Made by a program: the position numbers and the translations under genes
Source of the DNA: Candidatus Hydrothermarchaeales archaeon
GTDB lineage: Archaea; Hydrothermarchaeota; Hydrothermarchaeia; Hydrothermarchaeales; JAZGAD01
NCBI GenBank assembly: GCA_036444275.1
Contig: JAZGAD010000028.1
Span: 27,742-91,741, forward strand
Direction of reading: 5' to 3'
DNA length: 64,000 bases
In this document: positions 20,236-30,391 of the stretch, piece after piece
Layout: the number at the start of each line of letters is the position of its first letter
How positions within the stretch are numbered: the first letter of the stretch is position 1
Notes under the pieces: generated by a model
What the model was told of the DNA's origin: nothing
Database searches by the model: none
Seen by the model: only the letters and a program-made list of their open reading frames with translations

Positions 20236-20676
20236 ATGGATATCGGTGTAGATGTAGAGTTACCAAAGAAGAAATGTGAAGATAGAAACTGCCCCTTTCA
20301 TGGTTCCCTCAAGGTACGGGGCCAAATAATTAAAGGAAACGTTGTAAGCGACCGGATGTCCAACACTGTTGTGGTGGAAAGGAACTACTTGCATTACCTT
20401 AGAAAATATGAGAGGTATGAGAAGAGGAAGTCAAGATACCTAGTCCATAATCCGAGCTGTCTGGATGTAAAGGTCGGAGATGACGTCAGATTCATGGAAT
20501 GTAGGGCCCTAAGTAAGGCAAAAAGTTTCGTGGTAATAGAAAAAGCAGGGCCTATAGAAGAAAAAGAAGAGATAAAAGTAAGTAAAGAAGAAAAGGTAGA
20601 AAAAAAGAAAAAAATGGTCAGAAAAACGGGTAAAGTTGCAAAACGAAAAAACGAAAAAAAGAGTAGGAAGAAATGA
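20236..20676 (+). CDS. rps17: 30S ribosomal protein S17 with Lys/Glu-rich tail
   Basis: [20 protein letters not shown] and ECRALSK.KSF motifs. Confidence 0.97.
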   Translation: MDIGVDVELPKKKCEDRNCPFHGSLKVRGQIIKGNVVSDRMSNTVVVERNYLHYLRKYERYEKRKSRYLVHNPSCLDVKVGDDVRFMECRALSKAKSFVVIEKAGPIEEKEEIKVSKEEKVEKKKKMVRKTGKVAKRKNEKKSRKK

Positions 20677-21071
20677 AGGCGATTGAAGCTAGGATCAACA
20701 AGGCATTACCAGCAGGCGCAAGATTAGATGTTACGGACAACTCTGGGGCAAAGGAAATAGAAATAATTTCAGTTATAGGGGGAAGTGGGGTGCGGAGGAG
20801 GCTGCCCAAGGCTGGAGTTGGCGACTTAGTGGTGGCCAGCGTAAAGAAGGGTACCCCTGAGATGAGGAAGCAGAAAGTCTATGCAATAATCGTAAGACAG
20901 AAAAAGGAGTACAGACGCCCAAATAACATGCGCATCAAGTTTGAGGACAACGCTGCTGTTATTACAAATGAAACTGGAGAGCCCAAAGGAAGCGATATAA
21001 AGGGGGCAGTCGCAAAAGAAGCAGCCGAGAGGTGGTCGAAGATCGCCAGCATAGCTAGCATAATCATATGA
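20673..21071 (+). CDS. rpl14: 50S ribosomal protein L14
   Basis: [16 protein letters not shown] and FEDNAAV motifs. Confidence 0.98.
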   Translation: MKAIEARINKALPAGARLDVTDNSGAKEIEIISVIGGSGVRRRLPKAGVGDLVVASVKKGTPEMRKQKVYAIIVRQKKEYRRPNNMRIKFEDNAAVITNETGEPKGSDIKGAVAKEAAERWSKIASIASIII

Positions 21072-21083
21072 CGTTATGGAGGG

Positions 21084-21455
21084 ATGAAAATTTCTAAGAA
21101 GCCTAGGAAGCAGAGGAAAGCCCTTTACAACGCACCGTTACATAAGAGGCAGAAGCTCATCAGCGCGAACCTATCCGAAGAACTCAGAGAAGAATATGAT
21201 AGGAGGAGTCTAGGTGTGCGGAAAGGGGATACCGTCGAGCTGACTAGAGGAGATTTCAAGGGGCATAAAGGAAAGGTAGATAGGGTAGACCTCAAGGCTG
21301 GGTGGATATATGTGGAAGGAGTATCGGTACAAAAGGCTGATGGGAGCGACCGCTTCTATGCAGTGCACCCATCTAATGTTATGTTGGTTAAGCTGGAGAT
21401 GAAGGACGAAAAGAGGGAGATGGCAACTAGTAAAGAAAACGAAGGCGGATTATAG
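21084..21455 (+). CDS. rpl24: 50S ribosomal protein L24
   Basis: [18 protein letters not shown] motif and HPSNV. Confidence 0.97.
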   Translation: MKISKKPRKQRKALYNAPLHKRQKLISANLSEELREEYDRRSLGVRKGDTVELTRGDFKGHKGKVDRVDLKAGWIYVEGVSVQKADGSDRFYAVHPSNVMLVKLEMKDEKREMATSKENEGGL

Positions 21456-21456
21456 T

Positions 21457-22182
21457 ATGCATCTTAAGAGATTAGCAGCGCCGAAAACCTGGAAGCTGAA
21501 AAGGAAAGAGAAGAAGTTCGTAGTTAGACCGTCATCTGGGCCTCATGGAATCCGAGACTCTATACCCCTCCTACTGGTATTAAGGGATATGTTGAATTAT
21601 GCGAAGACAGCTCGAGAGGCTAGAAGGATATTGAATGAGCGGAAGGTAATGGTAGATGGGAAAGTCAGAAAGGACTACAAATTCCCCGTAGGATTAATGG
21701 ATGTGCTGGAAATCCCAGCTCTTAAGAAGGCTTGGCTTGTCCTCCTAGACAACAGGGGGAAATTCATACTTCAGAATCTCCCTAAGTCCAAGGCGAAACA
21801 GAAGTTGTACAAGATTTTAGATAAGAGCGTAACTAAAGGAGGGAATATCCAACTGAACCTCCACGATGGGAGAAACCTCTTGGTGAAGGTGAAGAATCCC
21901 AGCTCACCGACGGAGGATACATATAAAACCAAGGATACCGTAGTAGTGGATCTGTATAAAAAAAATATCAAAGAGGTAATACCCTTCAAGAAAGGTAACT
22001 TAGCCCTCGTAACCGGGGGGACGCATAGGGGGGTAGTGGCTAAGATCGAGGATTTTAAGGTTCTTCGTAGTCCACAGCCAAATATCGTGATTCTAAGTTC
22101 CGAAGGGGCGAACTTCGAGACCATAGAGGACTATGTATTCGTGGTAGGGGAGAAGAAGGCAGAAATCCCAAAGGTGATGTGA
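21457..22182 (+). CDS. rps4e: 30S ribosomal protein S4e
   Basis: [17 protein letters not shown] and QLNLHDGRN motifs. Confidence 0.97.
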   Translation: MHLKRLAAPKTWKLKRKEKKFVVRPSSGPHGIRDSIPLLLVLRDMLNYAKTAREARRILNERKVMVDGKVRKDYKFPVGLMDVLEIPALKKAWLVLLDNRGKFILQNLPKSKAKQKLYKILDKSVTKGGNIQLNLHDGRNLLVKVKNPSSPTEDTYKTKDTVVVDLYKKNIKEVIPFKKGNLALVTGGTHRGVVAKIEDFKVLRSPQPNIVILSSEGANFETIEDYVFVVGEKKAEIPKVM

Positions 22183-22183
22183 T

Positions 22184-22705
22184 ATGAGCACTGATGAGAA
22201 TCCTATGAGACAGCTTAAAATCTCTAAAGTCACCGTCAACATTGGGGTTGGAGAAGGTGGCGAGAAACTGGCCAAAGCAGAGACCTTGCTGGAGAGCCTG
22301 ACAGAGCAGAAACCCATTAAGACCCACTCCAAAGTCACTAACCCAAGCTTCGAGATAAGGATTGGGCTACCAATTGCATGTAAGGTAACCCTCAGAGGGG
22401 AGAGGACTGAGAAGTTCCTGAAGAAGGCATTAGACGCTGTAGACTTCAAGATCAAAGGCTCTAGCTTCGATGACTACGGCAACGTTTCCTTTGGCATACG
22501 GGAGCACATCGATATCCCCGGAGTCAGATATGACCCAAACGTGGGTATCTTCGGGATGGATGTCGCTATAACTATTGAGCGTCCGGGTTATCGCATAAAG
22601 AGGAGGAGGATTAAGAAGAAGAGGATTCCAAAGGAGCATGGGATCCCTAGGGAAGAGGCAATAAATTTCATCCAGGAGAAGTATAATGTTAGCGTGGTTA
22701 GCTAA
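22184..22705 (+). CDS. rpl5: 50S ribosomal protein L5
   Basis: NPMR...[16 protein letters not shown] and YDP..GIFGMD motifs. Confidence 0.97.
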   Translation: MSTDENPMRQLKISKVTVNIGVGEGGEKLAKAETLLESLTEQKPIKTHSKVTNPSFEIRIGLPIACKVTLRGERTEKFLKKALDAVDFKIKGSSFDDYGNVSFGIREHIDIPGVRYDPNVGIFGMDVAITIERPGYRIKRRRIKKKRIPKEHGIPREEAINFIQEKYNVSVVS

Positions 22706-22710
22706 ATGGG

Positions 22711-22863
22711 GTGATTATCATCAAGGGTAGTGTGGGTAAAGGTATTAGGATGTGTAAGCGGTGCGGTTCCCATGGACCTGTGATAAGGAGATATGGTTTA
22801 TATATTTGTAGGCATTGTTTTAGGGAAGTTGCTCGAGAGATAGGTTTCAAAAAATATGCGTAG
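22711..22863 (+). CDS. rps14: 30S ribosomal protein S14 (zinc type); missing from the ORF track
   Basis: Manual translation (M)[49 protein letters not shown], located between L5 and S8. The start codon is uncertain. Confidence 0.93.
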   Translation: MIIIKGSVGKGIRMCKRCGSHGPVIRRYGLYICRHCFREVAREIGFKKYA

Positions 22864-22872
22864 GTGATGAGA

Positions 22873-23262
22873 ATGTTACTGGATCCCTTGGCAGATGCAC
22901 TTTCAAACATAAAGAACAATGAACGTTCCGGAAGTTTGCTGTGCCTGATAAAACCGGCATCTAAGCTTATAACCCAAGTGCTCAAGGTGTTTCAGGAAAA
23001 CGATTACATCGGAGAATTCGAATTTATTGACGATGGAAGGGCGGGGAAGCTGAAGGTTAAACTCCTGGGCAACATCAACGAGTGTGGAGTGATAAGGCCT
23101 CGGTATCCGGTAGGCAAGAGGAAATTCGAGAAGTTCGAGAAGAGGTACTTACCAGCCCGCGGTTTGGGAGTTCTTGTTGTCAGCACCCCTCAAGGTGTAA
23201 TGTCGCACCGAGACGCGAAGGAGAAAGACACTGGTGGAAGGCTGTTGGCTTATGTCTACTGA
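22873..23262 (+). CDS. rps8: 30S ribosomal protein S8
   Basis: DPLADAL..IKN, IDDGRAG and GGRLLAYVY motifs. The ATG at 22873 follows a GGTGA SD. Confidence 0.97.
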   Translation: MLLDPLADALSNIKNNERSGSLLCLIKPASKLITQVLKVFQENDYIGEFEFIDDGRAGKLKVKLLGNINECGVIRPRYPVGKRKFEKFEKRYLPARGLGVLVVSTPQGVMSHRDAKEKDTGGRLLAYVY

Positions 23263-23286
23263 CTCTGTTTATTTAAGTGATGCATA

Positions 23287-23835
23287 ATGCCTAAACTGAC
23301 TAAGATTGAGGAAAGGATAATGATCCCTGAGAACATTGAAGCCAGCTTAGAGGACGGCTTCATAAAGGTAAATGGTAAAAATGGAAATGCCACTAGAAAG
23401 CTCTTCTATCCGGGTGTAGAGATTCGAATAGAGGGAAGAGAGATAGTGATTAAAGCGAACTACCCCCGGAAGAGGCAGGTAGTAATGATAGGTACCTTTG
23501 CATCTCACATAAGGAATATGATAACAGGCGTAACTGAGGATTTCATGTATAAGATGAAGGTAGTTTACTCTCATTTCCCAATGACTGTAAAGGTTGATGG
23601 AAAAGAACTCTCAGTAGCGAATTACCTTGGAGAGAAGATCCCAAGGAAGACAAGGATCGTAGGAAACTGCAGTGTCGCAGTGAAAGGTAACGAGATCGAG
23701 GTCTATGGGAATGATATAGAGGATGTGGGGCAAACCGCGGCAAACATAGAGCAGCTCACCAGGGTTAAGAAAAAGGATTCTAGGGTCTTCCAAGATGGAA
23801 TTTATCTGGTTGAACGGAATGGAGCGAAGGTGTAA
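23287..23835 (+). CDS. rpl6: 50S ribosomal protein L6
   Basis: SHIRNMITGVT, YSHFP, GQTAANIEQ and D.RVFQDGIY motifs. Confidence 0.97.
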   Translation: MPKLTKIEERIMIPENIEASLEDGFIKVNGKNGNATRKLFYPGVEIRIEGREIVIKANYPRKRQVVMIGTFASHIRNMITGVTEDFMYKMKVVYSHFPMTVKVDGKELSVANYLGEKIPRKTRIVGNCSVAVKGNEIEVYGNDIEDVGQTAANIEQLTRVKKKDSRVFQDGIYLVERNGAKV

Positions 23836-24222
23836 ATGGTAAAAAAAAGTAAAGGGACGAAGCCCAAGTTCAAGCGGCAAGAGTCTTCCAGGTACAAAAA
23901 ACTTAAAGGCGGCTGGAGGAAGCCTCGAGGACCTCATAATAAGGTACGGAAATCGCTAGGAGGTAAACCTATTGCGCCAAAGATAGGCTATCGGGGAAAC
24001 GCTGTGCAAAGAGGGCTACACCCGTCTGGATATAAGGACGTGTTGGTGTATAATCCCTCTGTACTTGATGATATGGACAAGGCAAAACAGGCCGTCCGGA
24101 TAGCGTCTGGTGTGGGAGATAAAAAGGCCAAGAGCATTATGGAGAAAGGAGAAAAATTAGGTCTGAAGATCCTGAATCCTAGGCTGTTTCCTATAGATGA
24201 AGAAGAGGAAGAAGAAGAATAG
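23836..24222 (+). CDS. rpl32e: 50S ribosomal protein L32e
   Basis: KPKFKRQE, WRKPRG and RGLHPSG motifs. Confidence 0.96.
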   Translation: MVKKSKGTKPKFKRQESSRYKKLKGGWRKPRGPHNKVRKSLGGKPIAPKIGYRGNAVQRGLHPSGYKDVLVYNPSVLDDMDKAKQAVRIASGVGDKKAKSIMEKGEKLGLKILNPRLFPIDEEEEEEE

Positions 24223-24294
24223 CGTTACTGATGTGGTAGCTTAGGATAAGGCAAATAAATTTGAGGATCGGCTGAAAAAAGGAGAATTACGAAA

Positions 24295-24747
24295 ATGGAT
24301 TTGAAAACCCAGAGAAGAATGGCTGCTTCCATACTTAAAGCTGGCAAGGAGAAAGTCTGGTTGGATCCCGACGAATTAGAGTCTATAGCCGCATCTGTCA
24401 CCAAGGATGACATCAAGAAACTGATAAATCAAGGGGTCATTCAGCTCAAAAGAGATGAAGGAACGAGTAGTTTTTGGAGCAAGAAGAGACGCATTCAGAA
24501 AGCAAAAGGCAGAAGAAAGGGTCACGGCAGTAGAAGCGGGGCTAAAGGAGCAAGGTTCCCGAAGAAGAAAAGATGGATATCTATTATACGGCCTATAAGA
24601 CAGGTTCTAAAAGAACTGAGGGAGGCTGAGAGGATTGATGGGCCTACTTATCGAAAACTCTATGTAATGGCCAAAGGAGGCATGTTCAAGTCCAGAGCCC
24701 ACTTGGATGCCTATTTAAAAGATAATAAAATAATCGAGGAGATCTAA
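24295..24747 (+). CDS. rpl19e: 50S ribosomal protein L19e
   Basis: L..QRR.AA, VWLDP, KGRR.G.GSR.G and YRKLY..AKGG.F motifs. Confidence 0.97.
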   Translation: MDLKTQRRMAASILKAGKEKVWLDPDELESIAASVTKDDIKKLINQGVIQLKRDEGTSSFWSKKRRIQKAKGRRKGHGSRSGAKGARFPKKKRWISIIRPIRQVLKELREAERIDGPTYRKLYVMAKGGMFKSRAHLDAYLKDNKIIEEI

Positions 24748-24750
24748 CGC

Positions 24751-25416
24751 ATGGCAACAGGACCTAGATACAGAGTTACCTTCAGGAGAAAACGTGAGGG
24801 AAAGACTGATTATAGGAAGCGTCTTAAGCTCCTTCTATCTGAAAGGCCCAGGTTTGTTGTGAGGAAGACCTCTAAGCGTTTCCTGGCCCAGCTGACCGAA
24901 TACCAGCCTCAAGGAGATATAGTACTAGCATGTAGCGATTCCAAGGAGCTGGCGAATTATGGCTGGAAGGGAGGGGGATCGAATCTCCCGGCAGCCTATT
25001 TGGTAGGCTTGCTCTGCGGTCAGAAAGCCTTGGAAAAAAAGATAAAACAGGGGGTATTGGACCTTGGATTAGCAACCCCTATTGCAGGTGGCGGAATTTT
25101 TGCGGTTCTCAAAGGAGCTCTCGATGCCGGTTTGGAAATAGCCCACCAGGATACAACCATTCCCAACGAAGGTAGGATAAGAGGTGAACATATCGCGAGT
25201 TATGGTACCGTATTAGCGGGGGATAAGAAGAAAAGATTCTCGAAATATCTAGGGAAAGGATTGGATCCAGAGCATTTACCAAAGCATTTTGAAGAAGTTA
25301 AAAAAAGGATCATTGCAGGAAAACAAGGGGTCGTGGGAGTAGGAAAATCAAAGCCGCACAAAGGGAAAGAGAAAAACCCAAGACCCACTAAAAGTGGAAT
25401 GAAAAACTTAAACTAA
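24751..25416 (+). CDS. rpl18: 50S ribosomal protein L18
   Basis: GPRYRV.FRRKREGKTDY and N.PAAYL.GLL motifs. Confidence 0.97.
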   Translation: MATGPRYRVTFRRKREGKTDYRKRLKLLLSERPRFVVRKTSKRFLAQLTEYQPQGDIVLACSDSKELANYGWKGGGSNLPAAYLVGLLCGQKALEKKIKQGVLDLGLATPIAGGGIFAVLKGALDAGLEIAHQDTTIPNEGRIRGEHIASYGTVLAGDKKKRFSKYLGKGLDPEHLPKHFEEVKKRIIAGKQGVVGVGKSKPHKGKEKNPRPTKSGMKNLN

Positions 25417-25428
25417 CGAGGAGATCGT

Positions 25429-26076
25429 ATGAACCTAGAAGATTGGATACCAATGACAAAGCTTGGGCGGATGGTGAAGGGTGGTGAGATAGCAGATATT
25501 AGGGCGGTCTTTAGATCGGATCTACCCCTTATGGAGTCTGAGATCATCGATGTCTTGCTTCCAGATCTAGAGGATGAAGTTATCGATATAAATCTCGTAC
25601 AGAAAATGCATAAGTCTGGTAGACGAGTGAGGTTCAGGGCTACGGTCGTTGTAGGAAACAAGGACGGCTATGTCGGCCTAGGGGACGCCGTTGCAAAGGA
25701 GGTAGGGCCTGCCATAAGAAAGGGAATCAGAGACGCAAAGCTGAACTTAATCGAGGTGCGGAGGGGTTGTGGAAGCTGGGAGTGCGGCTGTGGCACAGCA
25801 CATTCAGTGCCATTTGAAGTTACTGGAAGCGCTGGAAGCGTTAGGGTGACATTGTTTCCAGCTCCTAACGGCATAGGTCTAGCTGTAGGAGATGTCTCTA
25901 AGAAGGTACTGAAGCTAGCCGGGATAACTGACGTTTGGTCAAGGACTGACGGTAAGACTAAGACTACTCTAAATAGTGCCAATGCCACATTAGATGCCCT
26001 GAGGAAGACATCTCTAATTAAGATTACAGAAAAGCAGGCGCAGACGGTTGGCCTATTGGAGGGGAAAACAGAGTAA
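25429..26076 (+). CDS. rps5: 30S ribosomal protein S5
   Basis: W.P.TKLGR.V and [14 protein letters not shown] motifs. Confidence 0.97.
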   Translation: MNLEDWIPMTKLGRMVKGGEIADIRAVFRSDLPLMESEIIDVLLPDLEDEVIDINLVQKMHKSGRRVRFRATVVVGNKDGYVGLGDAVAKEVGPAIRKGIRDAKLNLIEVRRGCGSWECGCGTAHSVPFEVTGSAGSVRVTLFPAPNGIGLAVGDVSKKVLKLAGITDVWSRTDGKTKTTLNSANATLDALRKTSLIKITEKQAQTVGLLEGKTE

Positions 26077-26104
26077 ATGGATACTCGACTAGGTGACTAG
26101 GTAT

Positions 26105-26569
26105 ATGAAGAGATTAGCAGTAATAAGGATAAGGGGCAGATCTAAAACTGACCGAAAGGTGGAGAGTACCCTCCAGATGTTGAGGTTGAGCAGGGTTAAC
26201 TACTGCGTCCTCCTAGATGACAATGAAGTATATCGTGGTATGCTCAAGAAGGTCAAAGACTATATCACCTGGGGAGAGGTGGATGCGAAGGATATCACAT
26301 CGCTCTTGAAGAATAGAGGAGAGCTCACAGGCGGAATTAGGCTTACTGACTCCTATGTCAGGAACCAGACAAAATTTAAGTCTATATCAGATTTCTCTAA
26401 GGCATTCCTAAAGTTTGAAGCCGAGTTAGAGACTATACCTGGATTAAGACGTTTTTTTAGGATGCACCCCCCTAGGAGGGGTCATGAGGGTATGAAGAAG
26501 ACCTTCAAAGAAGGGGGGGCGTTGGGATGTAGGAGTGATATTAAGGGGCTCCTGCACAAAATGCGGTAG
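26105..26569 (+). CDS. rpl30: 50S ribosomal protein L30 (uL30)
   Basis: AVIRIRG, TL.MLRL, KVKDYITWGE and FRMHPPR motifs. Confidence 0.96.
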   Translation: MKRLAVIRIRGRSKTDRKVESTLQMLRLSRVNYCVLLDDNEVYRGMLKKVKDYITWGEVDAKDITSLLKNRGELTGGIRLTDSYVRNQTKFKSISDFSKAFLKFEAELETIPGLRRFFRMHPPRRGHEGMKKTFKEGGALGCRSDIKGLLHKMR

Positions 26570-26602
26570 GCATATCTGTTATGTGAAGAAGAGTAGATAG
26601 AA

Positions 26603-27064
26603 ATGGCTAGGAAGAATAGAAAGATCAGGAAACAACGTGGCTCGCGCTCATGCGGTGAAGGCTCCAATAAGCGGCATAGGGGAGCTGGTAACAGGGGCGG
26701 CGTAGGCATGGCTGGGACTCATAAGAGCAAGTGGACCTGGGTCATCAAGCACGCACCAGACCACTTTGGACGCAGCGGTTTCAAAATACCCTCTAAAGCG
26801 AAACACGTGCTCAATGCAATTAACCTCTGGCAGATAGAGGAGATAGCGAATAAGGCTGAGGTAATGGGAGAAGAAAAGGAAGCCTTAGGTATAGGCAGAG
26901 AAGGGGGTAAGTTAGTAATCGATGTAACCGAGTTTGATTATGATAAGGTCTTGGGAAAAGGAACGATAACTAGGCCGTTGGTGGTGAAGGCCGGGAGTTT
27001 TTCTAAGATTGCAGAGGAAAAGATTAAGGGAGCTGGGGGAAATGCCATCGTGATAGGGGATTGA
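26603..27064 (+). CDS. rpl15: 50S ribosomal protein L15
   Basis: [18 protein letters not shown] and KVLGKG motifs. Confidence 0.96.
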   Translation: MARKNRKIRKQRGSRSCGEGSNKRHRGAGNRGGVGMAGTHKSKWTWVIKHAPDHFGRSGFKIPSKAKHVLNAINLWQIEEIANKAEVMGEEKEALGIGREGGKLVIDVTEFDYDKVLGKGTITRPLVVKAGSFSKIAEEKIKGAGGNAIVIGD

Positions 27065-27065
27065 A

Positions 27066-28421
27066 ATGGGTGTACTCCACAGATTCGAGTCCTTCTTGAC
27101 ATCGCTACCAGAAGTGGAAAGTCCGAGATATGCTTTGTCCTTCAAGGAGAGGATGAAGTGGGTTGCTTTGATCTTGGTAGCCTATTTTCTTCTTACCGAG
27201 GTAGCCCTCTACGGTTTGGATCCAACTACTATAGATTTCTTCGGCAATCTAAGGGCTGTTATCGCCGGAAGCTTTGGGTCGGTAATCACCTTGGGCATAG
27301 GTCCTATTGTTACTGCATCTATAATCCTCCAAATCTTAGTTGGTGGGAAGCTCATAGACCTGGATTTAACAGAACCCAAGGATCAGGCTATATTCCAAGG
27401 CACCCAGAAGGCTTTAGCACTGGGTTTTACAGTATTTGAAGCTGCTACCATGGTGTTAATGGGGGCTTTACCGGCGGTGAATAATGATCCCACTATCCAG
27501 CTTCTATTAATAGTTCAGCTTACCCTTGGGGGTATTCTAATCATATATCTGGACGAAGTAGTCACCAAATGGGGATTTGGAAGTGGCGTCGGCCTCTTCA
27601 TAGTCGCTGGGGTATGCGCCCAGATTATGATAGGCGCCTTGAATTTTCTTCCAGCAACCCCTGGGGAAGCAGTCCCTGCCGGTAGAATTCCGGCCTTTAT
27701 CTTCTTCTTGATGAATAACGAAGTGAGATGGGATGTCCTGGTTCCCATTTTGGGTACTTTTATGGTCTTTGCGCTTGTGGTTTATGTAGAAAGCGTAAGA
27801 GTAGAGATCCCTCTCACCTACGGTAGGTTTAGAGGGGCGCGTGGTAGGTACCCCATAAAATTCATCTATGCCAGTAATCTTCCAGTAATATTCGCCAGCA
27901 TCCTAATGGCTAACGTTCAGCTCTGGGCTAGATTGATGGAGGGTGTCGGTTATCCTTTACTCGGCACCTTCGTGGCTAACCGCCCTATAAATGGCCTTGC
28001 TTACTACATGCAGAGGCCTAACCCCATATACAGCCCGGACTTCCACTTATTCGATACAAGCGTTTATATCGTAATACTAATAATCCTCTCAGTAATCTTC
28101 TCTAAATTCTGGATTGAAACCACAAGTATGGACGCTAAAAGCGTAGCTAAACAACTCCAGGAGGGCGGGATGGTCATCCCTGGATTCAGAGGGGATATAA
28201 GGATAATAGAGAAGGTGCTGAATAGGTATATTCCAGCCATCACTATCTTGGGAGGCGTCGCAGTGGGAGCATTAGCAGCCTTTGGGGACATGACAGGAGC
28301 ACTTGGTGGAGGAATGGGAGTACTTTTAGCTGTGGGAATAGTTTATAATATGTATGAGCAAATGGCTAGAGAACAACTTTTCGAGATGCATCCTTTGCTC
28401 AGGAAAATCGTAGAATTCTAG
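27066..28421 (+). CDS. secY: Preprotein translocase subunit SecY
   Basis: LGIGPIVTASII.Q, KWGFGSG..LFI, YPIKFIYASN.P and IPGFR motifs. Confidence 0.98.
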   Translation: MGVLHRFESFLTSLPEVESPRYALSFKERMKWVALILVAYFLLTEVALYGLDPTTIDFFGNLRAVIAGSFGSVITLGIGPIVTASIILQILVGGKLIDLDLTEPKDQAIFQGTQKALALGFTVFEAATMVLMGALPAVNNDPTIQLLLIVQLTLGGILIIYLDEVVTKWGFGSGVGLFIVAGVCAQIMIGALNFLPATPGEAVPAGRIPAFIFFLMNNEVRWDVLVPILGTFMVFALVVYVESVRVEIPLTYGRFRGARGRYPIKFIYASNLPVIFASILMANVQLWARLMEGVGYPLLGTFVANRPINGLAYYMQRPNPIYSPDFHLFDTSVYIVILIILSVIFSKFWIETTSMDAKSVAKQLQEGGMVIPGFRGDIRIIEKVLNRYIPAITILGGVAVGALAAFGDMTGALGGGMGVLLAVGIVYNMYEQMAREQLFEMHPLLRKIVEF

Positions 28422-28436
28422 AGGTGGTGTGTAAAA

Positions 28437-28997
28437 ATGGGAGTAATTGTAGTCACAGGAACGCCGGGAGCTGGGAAAACTACCGTCTTGGAAGGGGCCC
28501 TTAAAAAACGCAAAGGATTTGAGATATTGAACTACGGCGATGCGATGTTCGACTACGCCAAGAAGAAGAAAATAGTGACGAGTAGAGATGAACTCAGAAA
28601 GCAACTGCCAGAGACCCAAAGAGAAATACAGAAGATGGCTGCAAGGAAGATATCCGATAATGCAGTGGGAGCATCGATAATAGTTGACACACATTGTACG
28701 GTAAAGACACTTAGGGGTTATCTACCAGGTCTGCCCAGATGGGTCTTGGAGGAATTAAAACCGGAGAGCATCATTCTAGTGGAGGCAGAAGCAGGAGCGA
28801 TTGTTGGGCGGAGGGAAAAAGATACATCTAGGCAACGGGACGAAGAGCTTGTTGAGGCTATAGCAGAGCATCAGGAGTTGAATAGGGCAACAGCTATGGC
28901 GTATGCTATGTTCACCGGTGCCACAGTGACGATTATTAAAAATCGCGATGGCAAACTAGACGAGGCTATAGAGGAAATGCTGAAAGTTTTTGGTTAG
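28437..28997 (+). CDS. adkA: Archaeal adenylate kinase
   Basis: GTPGAGKTT, NYGD.M, RDELRK, DTH and GYLPGLP motifs. Confidence 0.96.
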   Translation: MGVIVVTGTPGAGKTTVLEGALKKRKGFEILNYGDAMFDYAKKKKIVTSRDELRKQLPETQREIQKMAARKISDNAVGASIIVDTHCTVKTLRGYLPGLPRWVLEELKPESIILVEAEAGAIVGRREKDTSRQRDEELVEAIAEHQELNRATAMAYAMFTGATVTIIKNRDGKLDEAIEEMLKVFG

Positions 28998-29007
28998 GTA
29001 CGTTAAC

Positions 29008-29547
29008 ATGTTCGAATTCATCACAAAACCTATTTTTCTAATCTTTGATTCTACCCTAGGGCTGTTCTTCCATATCTTTAGAGATAATCAACCTGCGAAT
29101 GTCCTATTCGGAATCTTCGTTGTCTCGGCTATAGTTTCGGCGCTTATAGTAGTTATTACCGCCAAGGTGATAGATCAAAAGAAGATGAAGAAACTTAAGG
29201 CTAAGATGTCCAAGATTCAGGATAAACTGAAAGAGGCACAGAAGAAAGGCGACGCCAAGGAAATGAAGAAGATCCAGAGCAAGATGATGAAGAACTCCAG
29301 CGAGATGTGGCAAATGTCTATGAAGCCCATGCTCTATACCATGCTCCCGATTATATTGGTCTTCACGTGGCTGAAGGAGTATGAATACCTAGCGACCTTC
29401 GTAGAGCACCAGGAAGGCTATGTTGTTGCACTGCCTTTTATTTTGCCTAAGTTTGGGGATAAATTGGGGTGGTTAGGATGGTATATCCTCTCTTCTTTCG
29501 CTACCTCCCCCCTCATAAAAAAGCTCTTCAAGATAGAAGGGCCCTAG
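29008..29547 (+). CDS. DUF106/EMC3-TMCO1 (Oxa1 superfamily) membrane insertase
   Basis: TM-coiled coil-TM layout, KPMLYT..PII..F.W and W..WYIL.SF motifs; conserved position after adk. Confidence 0.9.
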   Translation: MFEFITKPIFLIFDSTLGLFFHIFRDNQPANVLFGIFVVSAIVSALIVVITAKVIDQKKMKKLKAKMSKIQDKLKEAQKKGDAKEMKKIQSKMMKNSSEMWQMSMKPMLYTMLPIILVFTWLKEYEYLATFVEHQEGYVVALPFILPKFGDKLGWLGWYILSSFATSPLIKKLFKIEGP

Positions 29548-29612
29548 ATAAGCTTAAATGATGGATAAAAGGAGTCGAAAGCTAAATAGAAAAAGACAAG
29601 GAGGGATATGCA

Positions 29613-30167
29613 TTGATAGTTACCATTGGAGGGGATATAGGAAGCGGTAAGACCACTGTTGCTAAGGCGCTGGCCGAAAGGTTTCATATAGAAAACATCT
29701 CTGCCGGCGAGGCCTTTCGAGCGATGGCTCAGGAAAGGGGTATGAGCCTGGCCGAGTTCTCAAAGCTTGCTGAGGAGGATCATACCTTAGATAGAGAGTT
29801 GGATAAGAAGCAGGTGCAACTCGTAAAGGCTGCGAAGGATGTAGTGGTAGATGGGAGGCTCAGCGGCTTACTCTTGCAATCAGAGGCAGACCTTAAGATC
29901 TGGCTTAGAGCTCCACTGGAGGTTAGGGCCAAGAGGGTTTCGGGTAGAGAGAAGAAGGACTTTAGGCAGGTGTTGGAGGAGACCAGAGAGCGAGAGGAAA
30001 GCGAGCTCAAGAGATATAAGGAGATATACCAGATAGACTTGAGAGACCTATCCCCCTATGATGTGATCCTGAATACAGAATTATGGGGTTCTGAAGAGAT
30101 AATAAATATAATAGGAAACATGATATCATTGCTAAGTAAAGGAGCTGGAAGCCATGGATGTAGGTAG
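29613..30167 (+). CDS. cmk: Cytidylate kinase (TTG start)
   Basis: G..GSGKTT, SAG..FR.MA, DGRL and RY...Y.ID motifs. Confidence 0.95.
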   Translation: MIVTIGGDIGSGKTTVAKALAERFHIENISAGEAFRAMAQERGMSLAEFSKLAEEDHTLDRELDKKQVQLVKAAKDVVVDGRLSGLLLQSEADLKIWLRAPLEVRAKRVSGREKKDFRQVLEETREREESELKRYKEIYQIDLRDLSPYDVILNTELWGSEEIINIIGNMISLLSKGAGSHGCR

Positions 30168-30390
30168 AGTTTGCGTTAAGATAGCTGGAAGGGAAGCCGG
30201 ACAGAAATGCGTAATAGTGGACTGGATAGACGAAAATTTCGTTATCATCGACGCCCCAGGGGTGAAGAGGAGAAGATGCAATCTCCGGCATCTGGAGCCT
30301 ATGGAAAGCAAGATCGAAATAAAGCAGGGCGCCACCACAAAGGAAGTTGAAAAAGCCCTTAAGAAGGCCAAGATTTCCTTGGGCGGATAG
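30154..30390 (+). CDS. rpl14e: 50S ribosomal protein L14e
   Basis: VGRVCVKIAGREAG.KCVIVD and VKRRRCN..HLEP motifs. Confidence 0.96.
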   Translation: MDVGRVCVKIAGREAGQKCVIVDWIDENFVIIDAPGVKRRRCNLRHLEPMESKIEIKQGATTKEVEKALKKAKISLGG

Positions 30391-30391
30391 C

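Noticed and set aside
24223-24294. K-turn or C/D-like words (TGATGT, TGAGGA..CTGA) between rpl32e and rpl19e
   Set aside because: There is no convincing flanking stem or guide, and the words are compatible with chance.
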